Shown one piece after another: positions 39,038-53,448 of a stretch of 64,000 nt of DNA. Each line of letters begins with the position of its first letter. Position 1 is the stretch's first letter. The notes below the pieces were generated by a model. It was not told where the DNA came from. It ran no database searches and saw only the letters and a program-made list of their open reading frames with translations. The DNA lies in the NCBI GenBank assembly GCA_032718475.1, contig JAUCBJ010000302.1, positions 38,490-102,489 on the forward strand, given 5' to 3'. The stretch is from Nemertoderma westbladi (Eukaryota; Animalia; Xenacoelomorpha). A program made the translations under genes and the position numbers.

Positions 39038-42000
39038 ATAACTCTTGTTGAAACTCACATTTGTGTAATAGAACTCTTACTGATACTTACAATAGTGTAT
39101 AACTGTTGTTGAAACTTACATTAGTGTAATATAACTCTTGTTGAAACTTACATTAGTGTAATAGAACTCTTGTTGAAACTTACATTAGTGTAATATAACT
39201 CTTGTTGAAACTTACATTAGTGTAATAGAACCCTGGTTGACACTTACATTAGTGTAATAGAACTCTTGTTGAAACTTACATTAGTGTAATAGAACTCTTG
39301 TTGAAACTTACATTAGTGTAATAGAACTCTTGTTGAAACTTACATTAGTGTAATAGAACTCTTGTTGAAACTTACATTAGTGTAATATAACTCTTGTTGA
39401 AACTTACATTAGTGTAATAGAACTCTTGTTGAAACTTACATTAGTGTAATAGAACTCTTGTTGAAACTTACATTAGTGTAATAGAACTCTTGTTGAAACT
39501 TACATTAGTGTAATAGAACTATTGTTGAAACTTACATTAGTGTAATAGAACTATTGTTGAAACTTACATTAGTGTAATATAACTCTTGTTGAAACTTACA
39601 TTAGTGTAATAGAACTCTTGTTGAAACTTACATTAGTGTAATAGAACTCTTGTTGAAACTTACATTAGTGTAATAGAACTCTTGTTGAAACTTACATTAG
39701 TGTAATAGAACTATTGTTGAAACTTACATTAGTGTAATAGAACCCTGGTTGACACTTACATTAGTGTAATAGAACTCTTGTTGAAACTCACATTTGTGTA
39801 ATAGAACTCTTACTGATACTTACAATAGTGTATAACTGTTGTTGAAACTTACATTAGTGTAATATAACTCTTGTTGAAACTTACATTAGTGTAATAGAAC
39901 TCTTGTTGAAACTTACATTAGTGTAATATAACTCTTGTTGAAACTTACATTAGTGTAATAGAACCCTGGTTGACACTTACATTAGTGTAATAGAACTCTT
40001 GTTGAAACTTACATTAGTGTAATAGAACTCTTGTTGAAACTTACATTAGTGTAATAGAACTCTTGTTGAAACTTACATTAGTGTAATATAACTCTTGTTG
40101 AAACTTACATTAGTGTAATATAACTCTTGTTGAAACTTACATTAGTGTAATAGAACTCTTGTTGAAACTTACATTAGTGTAATAGAACTCTTGTTGAAAC
40201 TTACATTAGTGTAATAGAACTCTTGTTGAAACTTACATTAGTGTAATAGAACTATTGTTGAAACTTACATTAGTGTAATAGAACTATTGTTGAAACTTAC
40301 ATTAGTGTAATAGAACTCTGGCTGAAACTTACATTAGTGTAATAGAACTCTTGTTGAAACTTACATTAGTGTAATAGAACTCTTGTTGAAACTTACATTA
40401 GTGTAATAGAACTCTTGTTGAAACTTACATTAGTGTAATATAACTCTTGTTGAAACTTACATTAGTGTAATAGAACTCTTGTTGAAACTTACATTAGTGT
40501 AATAGAACTCTTGTTGAAACTTACATTAGTGTAATAGAACCCTGGTTGACACTTACATTAGTGTAATAGAACTCTTGTTGAAACTCACATTTGTGTAATA
40601 GAACTCTTACTGATACTTACAATAGTGTATAACTGTTGTTGAAACTTACATTAGTGTAATATAACTCTTGTTGAAACTTACATTAGTGTAATAGAACTCT
40701 TGTTGAAACTTACATTAGTGTAATATAACTCTTGTTGAAACTTACATTAGTGTAATAGAACCCTGGTTGACACTTACATTAGTGTAATAGAACTCTTGTT
40801 GAAACTTACATTAGTGTAATAGAACTCTTGTTGAAACTTACATTAGTGTAATAGAACTCTTGTTGAAACTTACATTAGTGTAATATAACTCTTGTTGAAA
40901 CTTACATTAGTGTAATAGAACTCTTGTTGAAACTTACATTAGTGTAATAGAACTCTTGTTGAAACTTACATTAGTGTAATAGAACTCTTGTTGAAACTTA
41001 CATTAGTGTAATAGAACTCTTGTTGAAACTTACATTAGTGTAATAGAACTATTGTTGAAACTTACATTAGTGTAATAGAACTCTTGTTGAAACTTACATT
41101 AGTGTAATAGAACTCTTGTTGAAACTTACATTAGTGTAATAGAACCCTGGTTGACACTTACATTAGTGTAATAGAACTCTTGTTGAAACTTACATTAGTG
41201 TAATATAACTCTTGTTGAAACTTACATTAGTGTAATAGAACTCTTGTTGAAACTTACATTAGTGTAATAGAACTCTTGTTGAAACTTACATTAGTGTAAT
41301 AGAACTCTTACTGATACTTACAATAGTGTATAACTGTTGTTGAAACTTACATTAGTGTAATAGAACTCTTGTTGAAACTTACATTAGTGTAATAGAACTC
41401 TTGTTGAAACTTACATTAGTGTAATAGAACCCTGGTTGACACTTACATTAGTGTAATAGAACTCTTGTTGAAACTTACATTAGTGTAATATAACTCTTGT
41501 TGAAACTTACATTAGTGTAATATAACTCTTGTTGAAACTTACATTAGTGTAATAGAACTCTTGTTGAAACTTACATTAGTGTAATAGAACTCTTACTGAT
41601 ACTTACAATAGTGTATAACTGTTGTTGAAACTTACATTAGTGTAATAGAACTCTTGTTGAAACTTACATTAGTGTAATAGAACTCTTGTTGAAACTTACA
41701 TTAGTGTAATAGAACCCTGGTTGACACTTACATTAGTGTAATAGAACTCTTGTTGAAACTTACATTAGTGTAATATAACTCTTGTTGAAACTTACATTAG
41801 TGTAATATAACTCTTGTTGAAACTTACATTAGTGTAATATAACTCTTGTTGAAACTTACATTAGTGTAATAGAACTCTTGTTGAAACTTACATTAGTGTA
41901 ATAGAACTCTTGTTGAAACTTACATTAGTGTAATAGAACTCTTACTGATACTTACAATAGTGTATAACTGTTGTTGAAACTTACATTAGTGTAATAGAAC

Positions 42001-45000
42001 TCTTGTTGAAACTTACATTAGTGTAATAGAACTCTTGTTGAAACTTACATTAGTGTAATAGAACCCTGGTTGACACTTACATTAGTGTAATAGAACTCTT
42101 GTTGAAACTTACATTAGTGTAATAGAACTCTTGTTGAAACTTACATTAGTGTAATAGAACCCTGGTTGACACTTACATTAGTGTAATAGAACTCTTGTTG
42201 AAACTTACATTAGTGTAATATAACTCTTGTTGAAACTTACATTAGTGTAATATAACTCTTGTTGAAACTTACATTAGTGTAATATAACTCTTGTTGAAAC
42301 TTACATTAGTGTAATAGAACTCTTGTTGAAACTTACATTAGTGTAATAGAACTCTTGTTGAAACTTACATTAGTGTAATAGAACTCTTACTGATACTTAC
42401 AATAGTGTATAACTGTTGTTGAAACTTACATTAGTGTAATAGAACTCTTGTTGAAACTTACATTAGTGTAATAGAACTCTTGTTGAAACTTACATTAGTG
42501 TAATAGAACCCTGGTTGACACTTACATTAGTGTAATAGAACTCTTGTTGAAACTTACATTAGTGTAATAGAACTCTTGTTGAAACTTACATTAGTGTAAT
42601 AGAACTCTTACTGATACTTACAATAGTGTATAACTGTTGTTGAAACTTACATTAGTGTAATAGAACTCTTGTTGAAACTTACATTAGTGTAATAGAACTC
42701 TTGTTGAAACTTACATTAGTGTAATAGAACCCTGGTTGACACTTACATTAGTGTAATAGAACTCTTGTTGAAACTTACATTAGTGTAATATAACTCTTGT
42801 TGAAACTTACATTAGTGTAATATAACTCTTGTTGAAACTTACATTAGTGTAATATAACTCTTGTTGAAACTTACATTAGTGTAATATAACTCTTGTTGAA
42901 ACTTACATTAGTGTAATATAACTCTTGTTGAAACTTACATTAGTGTAATATAACTCTTGTTGAAACTTACATTAGTGTAATATAACTCTTGTTGAAACTT
43001 ACATTAGTGTAATATAACTCTTGTTGAAACTTACATTAGTGTAATAGAACTCTTGTTGAAACTTACATTAGTGTAATATAACTCTTGTTGAAACTTACAT
43101 TAGTGTAATAGAACCCTGGTTGACACTTACATTAGTGTAATAGAACTCTTGTTGAAACTTACATTAGTGTAATAGAACTCTTGTTGAAACTTACATTAGT
43201 GTAATAGAACTCTTACTGATACTTACAATAGTGTATAACTGTTGTTGAAACTTACATTAGTGTAATAGAACTCTTGTTGAAACTTACATTAGTGTAATAG
43301 AACTCTTGTTGAAACTTACATTAGTGTAATAGAACCCTGGTTGACACTTACATTAGTGTAATAGAACTCTTGTTGAAACTTACATTAGTGTAATATAACT
43401 CTTGTTGAAACTTACATTAGTGTAATATAACTCTTGTTGAAACTTACATTAGTGTAATATAACTCTTGTTGAAACTTACATTAGTGTAATATAACTCTTG
43501 TTGAAACTTACATTAGTGTAATATAACTCTTGTTGAAACTTACATTAGTGTAATATAACTCTTGTTGAAACTTACATTAGTGTAATATAACTCTTGTTGA
43601 AACTTACATTAGTGTAATATAACTCTTGTTGAAACTTACATTAGTGTAATAGAACTCTTGTTGAAACTTACATTAGTGTAATAGAACTCTTGTTGAAACT
43701 TACATTAGTGTAATAGAACTCTTACTGATACTTACAATAGTGTATAACTGTTGTTGAAACTTACATTAGTGTAATAGAACTCTTGTTGAAACTTACATTA
43801 GTGTAATAGAACTCTTGTTGATACTTACATTAGTGTAATAGAACTCTTGTTGAAACTTACATTAGTGTAATAGAACTCTTGTTGAAACTTACATTAGTGT
43901 AATAGAACCCTGGTTGACACTTACATTAGTGTAATAGAACTCTTGTTGAAACTTACATTAGTGTAATAGAACTCTTACTGATACTTACAATAGTGTATAA
44001 CTGTTGTTGAAACTTACATTAGTGTAATAGAACTCTTGTTGAAACTTACATTAGTGTAATAGAACTCTTGTTGAAACTTACATTAGTGTAATAGAACCCT
44101 GGTTGACACTTACATTAGTGTAATAGAACTCTTGTTGAAACTTACATTAGTGTAATAGAACTCTTACTGATACTTACAATAGTGTATAACTGTTGTTGAA
44201 ACTTACATTAGTGTAATAGAACTCTTGTTGAAACTTACATTAGTGTAATAGAACTCTTGTTGAAACTTACATTAGTGTAATAGAACCCTGGTTGACACTT
44301 ACATTAGTGTAATAGAACTCTTGTTGAAACTTACATTAGTGTAATATAACTCTTGTTGAAACTTACATTAGTGTAATAGAACTCTTGTTGAAACTTACAT
44401 TAGTGTAATAGAACTCTTGTTGAAACTTACATTAGTGTAATAGAACTCTTACTGATACTTACAATAGTGTATAACTGTTGTTGAAACTTACATTAGTGTA
44501 ATAGAACTCTTGTTGAAACTTACATTAGTGTAATAGAACTCTTGTTGAAACTTACATTAGTGTAATAGAACCCTGGTTGACACTTACATTAGTGTAATAG
44601 AACTCTTGTTGAAACTTACATTAGTGTAATATAACTCTTGTTGAAACTTACATTAGTGTAATATAACTCTTGTTGAAACTTACATTAGTGTAATATAACT
44701 CTTGTTGAAACTTACATTAGTGTAATAGAACTCTTGTTGAAACTTACATTAGTGTAATAGAACTCTTGTTGAAACTTACATTAGTGTAATAGAACTCTTG
44801 TTGATACTTACATTAGTGTAATAGAACTCTTACTGATACTTACAATAGTGTATAACTGTTGTTGAAACTTACATTAGTGTAATATAACTCTTGTTGAAAC
44901 TTACATTAGTGTAATATAACTCTTGTTGAAACTTACATTAGTGTAATAGAACTCTTGTTGAAACTTACATTAGTGTAATAGAACTCTTGTTGAAACTTAC

Positions 45001-48000
45001 ATTAGTGTAATAGAACCCTGGTTGACACTTACATTAGTGTAATAGAACTCTTGTTGAAACTTACATTAGTGTAATATAACTCTTGTTGAAACTTACATTA
45101 GTGTAATAGAACTATTGTTGAAACTTACATTAGTGTAATAGAACTATTGTTGAAACTTACATTAGTGTAATAGAACTCTGGCTGAAACTTACATTAGTGT
45201 AATAGAACTCTTGTTGAAACTTACATTAGTGTAATAGAACTCTTGTTGAAACTTACATTAGTGTAATAGAACTCTTGTTGAAACTTACATTAGTGTAATA
45301 GAACCCTGGTTGACACTTACATTAGTGTAATAGAACTCTTGTTGAAACTTACATTAGTGTAATATAACTCTTGTTGAAACTTACATTAGTGTAATAGAAC
45401 TCTTGTTGAAACTTACATTAGTGTAATAGAACTCTTGTTGAAACTTACATTAGTGTAATAGAACTCTTACTGATACTTACAATAGTGTATAACTGTTGTT
45501 GAAACTTACATTAGTGTAATAGAACTCTTGTTGAAACTTACATTAGTGTAATAGAACTCTTGTTGAAACTTACATTAGTGTAATAGAACCCTGGTTGACA
45601 CTTACATTAGTGTAATAGAACTCTTGTTGAAACTTACATTAGTGTAATATAACTCTTGTTGAAACTTACATTAGTGTAATATAACTCTTGTTGAAACTTA
45701 CATTAGTGTAATATAACTCTTGTTGAAACTTACATTAGTGTAATAGAACTCTTGTTGAAACTTACATTAGTGTAATAGAACTCTTGTTGAAACTTACATT
45801 AGTGTAATAGAACTCTTGTTGATACTTACATTAGTGTAATAGAACTCTTACTGATACTTACAATAGTGTATAACTGTTGTTGAAACTTACATTAGTGTAA
45901 TAGAACTATTGTTGAAACTTACATTAGTGTAATATAACTCTTGTTGAAACTTACATTAGTGTAATATAACTCTTGTTGAAACTTACATTAGTGTAATATA
46001 ACTCTTGTTGAAACTTACATTAGTGTAATAGAACTCTTGTTGAAACTTACATTAGTGTAATATAACTCTTGTTGAAACTTACATTAGTGTAATATAACTC
46101 TTGTTGAAACTTACATTAGTGTAATAGAACTCTTGTTGAAACTTACATTAGTGTAATAGAACTCTTGTTGAAACTTACATTAGTGTAATAGAACCCTGGT
46201 TGACACTTACATTAGTGTAATAGAACTCTTGTTGAAACTTACATTAGTGTAATATAACTCTTGTTGAAACTTACATTAGTGTAATAGAACTCTTGTTGAT
46301 ACTTACATTAGTGTAATAGAACTCTTACTGATACTTACAATAGTGTATAACTGTTGTTGAAACTTACATTAGTGTAATAGAACTATTGTTGAAACTTACA
46401 TTAGTGTAATAGAACTCTTGTTGAAACTTACATTAGTGTAATAGAACTATTGTTGAAACTTACATTAGTGTAATATAACTCTTGTTGAAACTTACATTAG
46501 TGTAATAGAACTCTTGTTGATACTTACATTAGTGTAATAGAACTCTTACTGATACTTACAATAGTGTATAACTGTTGTTGAAACTTACATTAGTGTAATA
46601 GAACTATTGTTGAAACTTACATTAGTGTAATATAACTCTTGTTGAAACTTACATTAGTGTAATATAACTCTTGTTGAAACTTACATTAGTGTAATATAAC
46701 TCTTGTTGAAACTTACATTAGTGTAATAGAACTCTTGTTGAAACTTACATTAGTGTAATATAACTCTTGTTGAAACTTACATTAGTGTAATATAACTCTT
46801 GTTGAAACTTACATTAGTGTAATAGAACTCTTGTTGAAACTTACATTAGTGTAATATAACTCTTGTTGAAACTTACATTAGTGTAATAGAACTCTTGTTG
46901 ATACTTACATTAGTGTAATAGAACTCTTACTGATACTTACAATAGTGTATAACTGTTGTTGAAACTTACATTAGTGTAATAGAACTATTGTTGAAACTTA
47001 CATTAGTGTAATATAACTCTTGTTGAAACTTACATTAGTGTAATATAACTCTTGTTGAAACTTACATTAGTGTAATATAACTCTTGTTGAAACTTACATT
47101 AGTGTAATAGAACTCTTGTTGAAACTTACATTAGTGTAATATAACTCTTGTTGAAACTTACATTAGTGTAATATAACTCTTGTTGAAACTTACATTAGTG
47201 TAATAGAACTCTTGTTGAAACTTACATTAGTGTAATAGAACTCTTGTTGAAACTTACATTAGTGTAATAGAACCCTGGTTGACACTTACATTAGTGTAAT
47301 AGAACTCTTGTTGAAACTTACATTAGTGTAATATAACTCTTGTTGAAACTTACATTAGTGTAATATAACTCTTGTAGAAACTTACATTAGTGTAATATAA
47401 CTCTTGTTGAAACTTACATTAGTGTAATAGAACTCTTGTTGAAACTTACATTAGTGTAATAGAACTCTTGTTGAAACTTACATTAGTGTAATATAACTCT
47501 TGTTGAAACTTACATTAGTGTAATAGAACTCTTGTTGAAACTTACATTAGTGTAATAGAACTCTTGTTGAAACTTACATTAGTGTAATAGAACTCTTGTT
47601 GAAACTTACATTAGTGTAATAGAACTATTGTTGAAACTTACATTAGTGTAATAGAACTATTGTTGAAACTTACATTAGTGTAATAGAACTCTGGCTGAAA
47701 CTTACATTAGTGTAATAGAACTCTTGTTGAAACTTACATTAGTGTAATAGAACTCTTGTTGAAACTTACATTAGTGTAATAGAACTCTTGTTGAAACTTA
47801 CATTAGTGTAATAGAACCCTGGTTGACACTTACATTAGTGTAATAGAACTCTTGTTGAAACTTACATTAGTGTAATATAACTCTTGTTGAAACTTACATT
47901 AGTGTAATAGAACTCCTTTTGAAACTTACATTAGTGTAATAGAACTCTTGTTGAAACTTACATTAGTGTAATATAACTCTTGTTGAAACTTACATTAGTG

Positions 48001-51000
48001 TAATAGAACTCTTGTTGATACTTACATTAGTGTAATAGAACTCTTGTTGAAACTTACATTAGTGTAATATAACTCTTGTTGAAACTTACATTAGTGTAAT
48101 ATAACTCTTGTTGAAACTTACATTAGTGTAATATAACTCTTGTTGAAACTTACATTAGTGTAATAGAACTCTTGTTGATACTTACATTAGTGTAATAGAA
48201 CTCTTACTGATACTTACAATAGTGTATAACTGTTGTTGAAACTTACATTAGTGTAATAGAACTATTGTTGAAACTTACATTAGTGTAATATAACTCTTGT
48301 TGAAACTTACATTAGTGTAATATAACTCTTGTTGAAACTTACATTAGTGTAATATAACTCTTGTTGAAACTTACATTAGTGTAATAGAACTCTTGTTGAA
48401 ACTTACATTAGTGTAATATAACTCTTGTTGAAACTTACATTAGTGTAATATAACTCTTGTTGAAACTTACATTAGTGTAATAGAACTCTTGTTGAAACTT
48501 ACATTAGTGTAATAGAACTCTTGTTGAAACTTACATTAGTGTAATAGAACCCTGGTTGACACTTACATTAGTGTAATAGAACTCTTGTTGAAACTTACAT
48601 TAGTGTAATATAACTCTTGTTGAAACTTACATTAGTGTAATATAACTCTTGTTGAAACTTACATTAGTGTAATATAACTCTTGTTGAAACTTACATTAGT
48701 GTAATAGAACTCTTGTTGAAACTTACATTAGTGTAATAGAACCCTGGTTGACACTTACATTAGTGTAATAGAACTCTTGTTGAAACTGACATTAGTGTAA
48801 TATAACTCTTGTTGAAACTTACATTAGTGTAATATAACTCTTGTTGAAACTTACATTAGTGTAATATAACTCTTGTTGAAACTTACATTAGTGTAATAGA
48901 ACTCTTGTTGAAACTTACATTAGTGTAATAGAACTCTTGTTGAAACTTACATTAGTGTAATATAACTCTTGTTGAAACTTACATTAGTGTAATAGAACTC
49001 TTGTTGAAACTTACATTAGTGTAATAGAACTCTTGTTGAAACTTACATTAGTGTAATAGAACTCTTGTTGAAACTTACATTAGTGTAATAGAACTATTGT
49101 TGAAACTTACATTAGTGTAATAGAACTATTGTTGAAACTTACATTAGTGTAATAGAACTCTGGCTGAAACTTACATTAGTGTAATAGAACTCTTGTTGAA
49201 ACTTACATTAGTGTAATAGAACTCTTGTTGAAACTTACATTAGTGTAATAGAACTCTTGTTGAAACTTACATTAGTGTAATAGAACCCTGGTTGACACTT
49301 ACATTAGTGTAATAGAACTCTTGTTGAAACTTACATTAGTGTAATATAACTCTTGTTGAAACTTACATTAGTGTAATAGAACTCCTTTTGAAACTTACAT
49401 TAGTGTAATAGAACTCTTGTTGAAACTTACATTAGTGTAATATAACTCTTGTTGAAACTTACATTAGTGTAATAGAACTCTTGTTGATACTTACATTAGT
49501 GTAATAGAACTCTTGTTGAAACTTACATTAGTGTAATATAACTCTTGTTGAAACTTACATTAGTGTAATATAACTCTTGTTGAAACTTACATTAGTGTAA
49601 TATAACTCTTGTTGAAACTTACATTAGTGTAATAGAACTCTTGTTGATACTTACATTAGTGTAATAGAACTCTTACTGATACTTACAATAGTGTATAACT
49701 GTTGTTGAAACTTACATTAGTGTAATAGAACTATTATTGAAACTTACATTAGTGTAATATAACTCTTGTTGAAACTTACATTAGTGTAATATAACTCTTG
49801 TTGAAACTTACATTAGTGTAATATAACTCTTGTTGAAACTTACATTAGTGTAATAGAACTCTTGTTGAAACTTACATTAGTGTAATATAACTCTTGTTGA
49901 AACTTACATTAGTGTAATATAACTCTTGTTGAAACTTACATTAGTGTAATAGAACTCTTGTTGAAACTTACATTAGTGTAATAGAACTCTTGTTGAAACT
50001 TACATTAGTGTAATAGAACCCTGGTTGACACTTACATTAGTGTAATAGAACTCTTGTTGAAACTTACATTAGTGTAATATAACTCTTGTTGAAACTTACA
50101 TTAGTGTAATATAACTCTTGTTGAAACTTACATTAGTGTAATATAACTCTTGTTGAAACTTACATTAGTGTAATAGAACTCTTGTTGAAACTTACATTAG
50201 TGTAATATAACTCTTGTTGAAACTTACATTAGTGTAATAGAACTCTTGTTGAAACTTACATTAGTGTAATAGAACTCTTGTTGAAACTTTCATTAGTGTA
50301 ATAGAACTCTTGTTGAAACTTACATTAGTGTAATAGAACTCTTGTTGAAACTTACATTAGTGTAATAGAACTATTGTTGAAACTTACATTAGTGTAATAG
50401 AACTATTGTTGAAACTTACATTAGTGTAATAGAACTCTGGTTGAAACTTACATTAGTGTAATAGAACTATTGTTGAAACTTACATTAGTGTAATAGAACT
50501 CTTGTTGAAACTTACATTAGTGTAATATAACTCTTGTTGAAACTTACATTAGTGTAATAGAACCCTGGTTGACACTTACATTAGTGTAATAGAACTCTTG
50601 TTGAAACTTACATTAGTGTAATATAACTATTGTTGAAAGTTACATTAGTGTAATATAACTCTTGTTGAAACTTACATTAGTGTAATAGAACTCTTGTTGA
50701 AACTTACATTAGTGTAATAGAACTCTTGTTGAAACTTACATTAGTGTAATAGAACTCTTGTTGAAACTTACATTAGTGTAATAGAACCCTGGTTGACTCT
50801 TACATTAGTGTAATAGAACTCTTGTTGAAACTTACATTAGTGTAATAGAACTCTTGTTGAAACTTACATTAGTGTAATAGAACTCTTGTTGATACTTACA
50901 TTAGTGTAATAGAACTCTTGTTGAAACTTACATTAGTGTAATAGAACTCTTGTTGAAACTTACATTAGTGTAATATAACTGTTGTTGAAACTTACATTAG

Positions 51001-53292
51001 TGTAATAGAACTATTGTTGAAACTTACATTAGTGTAATATAACTCTTGTTGAAACTTACATTAGTGTAATATAACTCTTGTTGAAACTTACATTAGTGTA
51101 ATATAACTCTTGTTGAAACTTACATTAGTGTAATAGAACTCTTGTTGAAACTTACATTAGTGTAATATAACTCTTGTTGAAACTTACATTAGTGTAATAT
51201 AACTCTTGTTGAAACTTACATTAGTGTAATAGAACTCTTGTTGAAACTTACATTAGTGTAATAGAACTCTTGTTGAAACTTACATTAGTGTAATAGAACT
51301 CTTGTTGAAACTTACATTAGTGTAATAGAACTCTTGTTGAAACTTACATTAGTGTATTGGAACTCTTGTTGAAACTTACATTAGTGTAATAGAACTCTTG
51401 TTGAAACTTACATTAGTGTAATTGAACTCTTGTTGAAACTTACATTAGTGTAATAGAACTCTTGTTGAAACTTACATTAGTGTAATTGAACTCTTGTTGA
51501 AACTTACATTAGTGTAATAGAACTCTTGTTGAAACTTACATTAGTGTAATAGAACTCTTGTTGAAACTTACATTAGTGTAATAGAACTCTTGTTGAAACT
51601 TACATTAGTGTAATAGAACTCTTGTTGATACTTACATTAGTGTAATAGAACTCTTGTTGATACTTACATTAGTGTAATAGAACTCTTGTTGAAACTTACA
51701 TTAGTGTAATAGAACTCTTGTTGAAACTTACATTAGTGTAATAGAACTCTTGTTGAAACTTACATTAGTGTAATAGAACTCTTGTTGATACTTACATTAG
51801 TGTAATAGAACTCTTGTTGAAACTTACATTAGTGTAATAGAACTCTTGTTGAAACTTACATTAGTGTAATAGAACTCTTGTTGAAACTTACATTAGTGTA
51901 ATAGAACTCTTGTTGAAACTTACATTAGTGTAATAGAACTCTTGTTGAAACTTACATTAGTGTAATAGAACTCTTGTTGAAACTTACATTAGTGTAATAG
52001 AACTCTTGTTGATACTTACATTAGTGTAATAGAACTCTTGTTGATACTTACATTAGTGTAATAGAACTCTTGTTGAAACTTACATTAGTGTAATAGAACT
52101 CTTGTTGAAACTTACATTAGTGTAATAGAACTCTTGTTGAAACTTACATTAGTGTAATAGAACTCTTGTTGAAACTTACATTAGTGTAATAGAACTCTTG
52201 TTGAAACTTACATTAGTGTAATAGAACTCTTGTTGAAACTTACATTAGTGTAATAGAACTCTTGTTGATACTTACATTAGTGTAATAGAACTCTTGTTGA
52301 TACTTACATTAGTGTAATAGAACTCTTGTTGAAACTTACATTAGTGTAATAGAACTCTTGTTGAAACTTACATTAGTGTATTGGAACTCTTGTTGAAACT
52401 TACATTAGTGTAATAGAACTCTTGTTGAAACTTACATTAGTGTAATTGAACTCTTGTTGAAACTTACATTAGTGTAATAGAACTCTTGTTGAAACTTACA
52501 TTAGTGTAATTGAACTCTTGTTGAAACTTACATTAGTGTAATAGAACTCTTGTTGAAACTTACATTAGTGTAATAGAACTCTTGTTGATACTTACATTAG
52601 TGTAATAGAACTCTTGTTGAAACTTACATTAGTGTAATAGAACTCTTGTTGAAACTTACATTAGTGTATTGGAACTCTTGTTGAAACTTACATTAGTGTA
52701 ATAGAACTCTTGTTGATACTTACATTAGTGTAATAGAACTCTTGTTGATACTTACATTAGTGTAATAGAACTCTTGTTGAAACTTACATTAGTGTAATAG
52801 AACTCTTGTTGAAACTTACATTAGTGTAATAGAACTCTTGTTGATACTTACATTAGTGTAATAGAACTCTTGTTGATACTTACATTAGTGTAATAGAACT
52901 CTTGTTGAAACTTACATTAGTGTAATAGAACTCTTGTTGAAACTTACATTAGTGTATTGGAACTCTTGTTGAAACTTACATTAGTGTAATAGAACTCTTG
53001 TTGAAACTTACATTAGTGTAATAGAACTCTTGTTGAAACTTACATTAGTGTAATAGAACCCTGGTTGACACTTACATTAGTGTAATAGAACTCTTGTTGA
53101 AACTTACATTAGTGTAATAGAACTCTTGTTGAAACTTACATTAGTGTAATAGAACTCTTGTTGAAACTTACATTAGTGTAATAGAACTCTTGTTGATACT
53201 TACATTAGTGTAATAGAACTCTTGTTGATACTTACATTAGTGTAATAGAACTCTTGTTGAAACTTACATTAGTGTAATAGAACTCTTGTTGA
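39038..53292. repeat. 32-bp tandem satellite (about 445 units) equal to the exon 3' end plus 5' splice site
   Basis: Unit aacttacattagtgtaatagaactcttgttga, which on the minus strand is TCAACAAGAGTTCTATTACACTAAT|GTAAGTT. The last unit (53261-53292) is the real exon end and donor. A recurrent 29-bp deletion variant and a ccctggttgacac variant are present. Confidence 0.99.
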
Positions 53293-53448
53293 GGAATGTA
53301 TTGTTTTCGATGACTTCCATTCTGTTACCACTGAAGTAGAATTTGGTTGTATTGACGGGGAGGTTTGGAATGTTGTTAAGAGAAACATTAGCGCACCGCA
53401 CACCGGTGCCTTTAACGCAAGTGCATTCAGTGGGGACACCTACCAATT
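53268..53448 (-). CDS. LRRNT (N-cap) plus first LRR exon (181 nt, phase 1/2)
   Basis: Acceptor ttttctttcccCAG (53450-53449) and donor AT|GTAAGT (53267). Reads LVGVPTECTCVKGTGVRCANVSLNNIPNLPVNTTKFYFSGNRMEVIENNTFLNKSSITL(M), with the PxxCxC...C...L..IP.LP LRRNT signature. Confidence 0.93.

Larger units (their letters stand above)
37711..53448 (-). other. Span of readable exons of a relaxin-family / type-C LGR (RXFP1/2-like) LRR-GPCR gene, partial
   Basis: Spliced translation xLVGVPTECTCVKGTGVRCANVSLNNIPNLPVNTTKFYFSGNRMEVIENNTFLNKSSITLMVLLDNSIRKIESNAFNGLDNLRKLLLMNNSISVIEPGAFQPVSQLDWLMLDGNKLNALQPGTFQGLTDLFWMELHNNRLTAESLSRLSLCNDLPSLIWL. By recall it is collinear with RXFP1 (LVGSVPVQCLC...PGVFEDLHRLEWLII...LCQHMPRLHWL). 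The 7TM and LDLa parts are not seen in the window. The family call comes from memory, not a search. Confidence 0.72.

Noticed and set aside
39038-53292. CRISPR array (32-bp repeat containing GTTGAAAC)
   Set aside because: Units are head-to-tail with no unique spacers, there are no cas genes, the context is a spliced eukaryotic gene, and the unit is explained by the exon-donor junction.
39038-53292. Recursive (ratchet) splice sites
   Set aside because: The donors are preceded by AT, not AG, so there is no AG|GT zero-length exon. A CACTAAT and AGs exist in the unit but without a pyrimidine tract.
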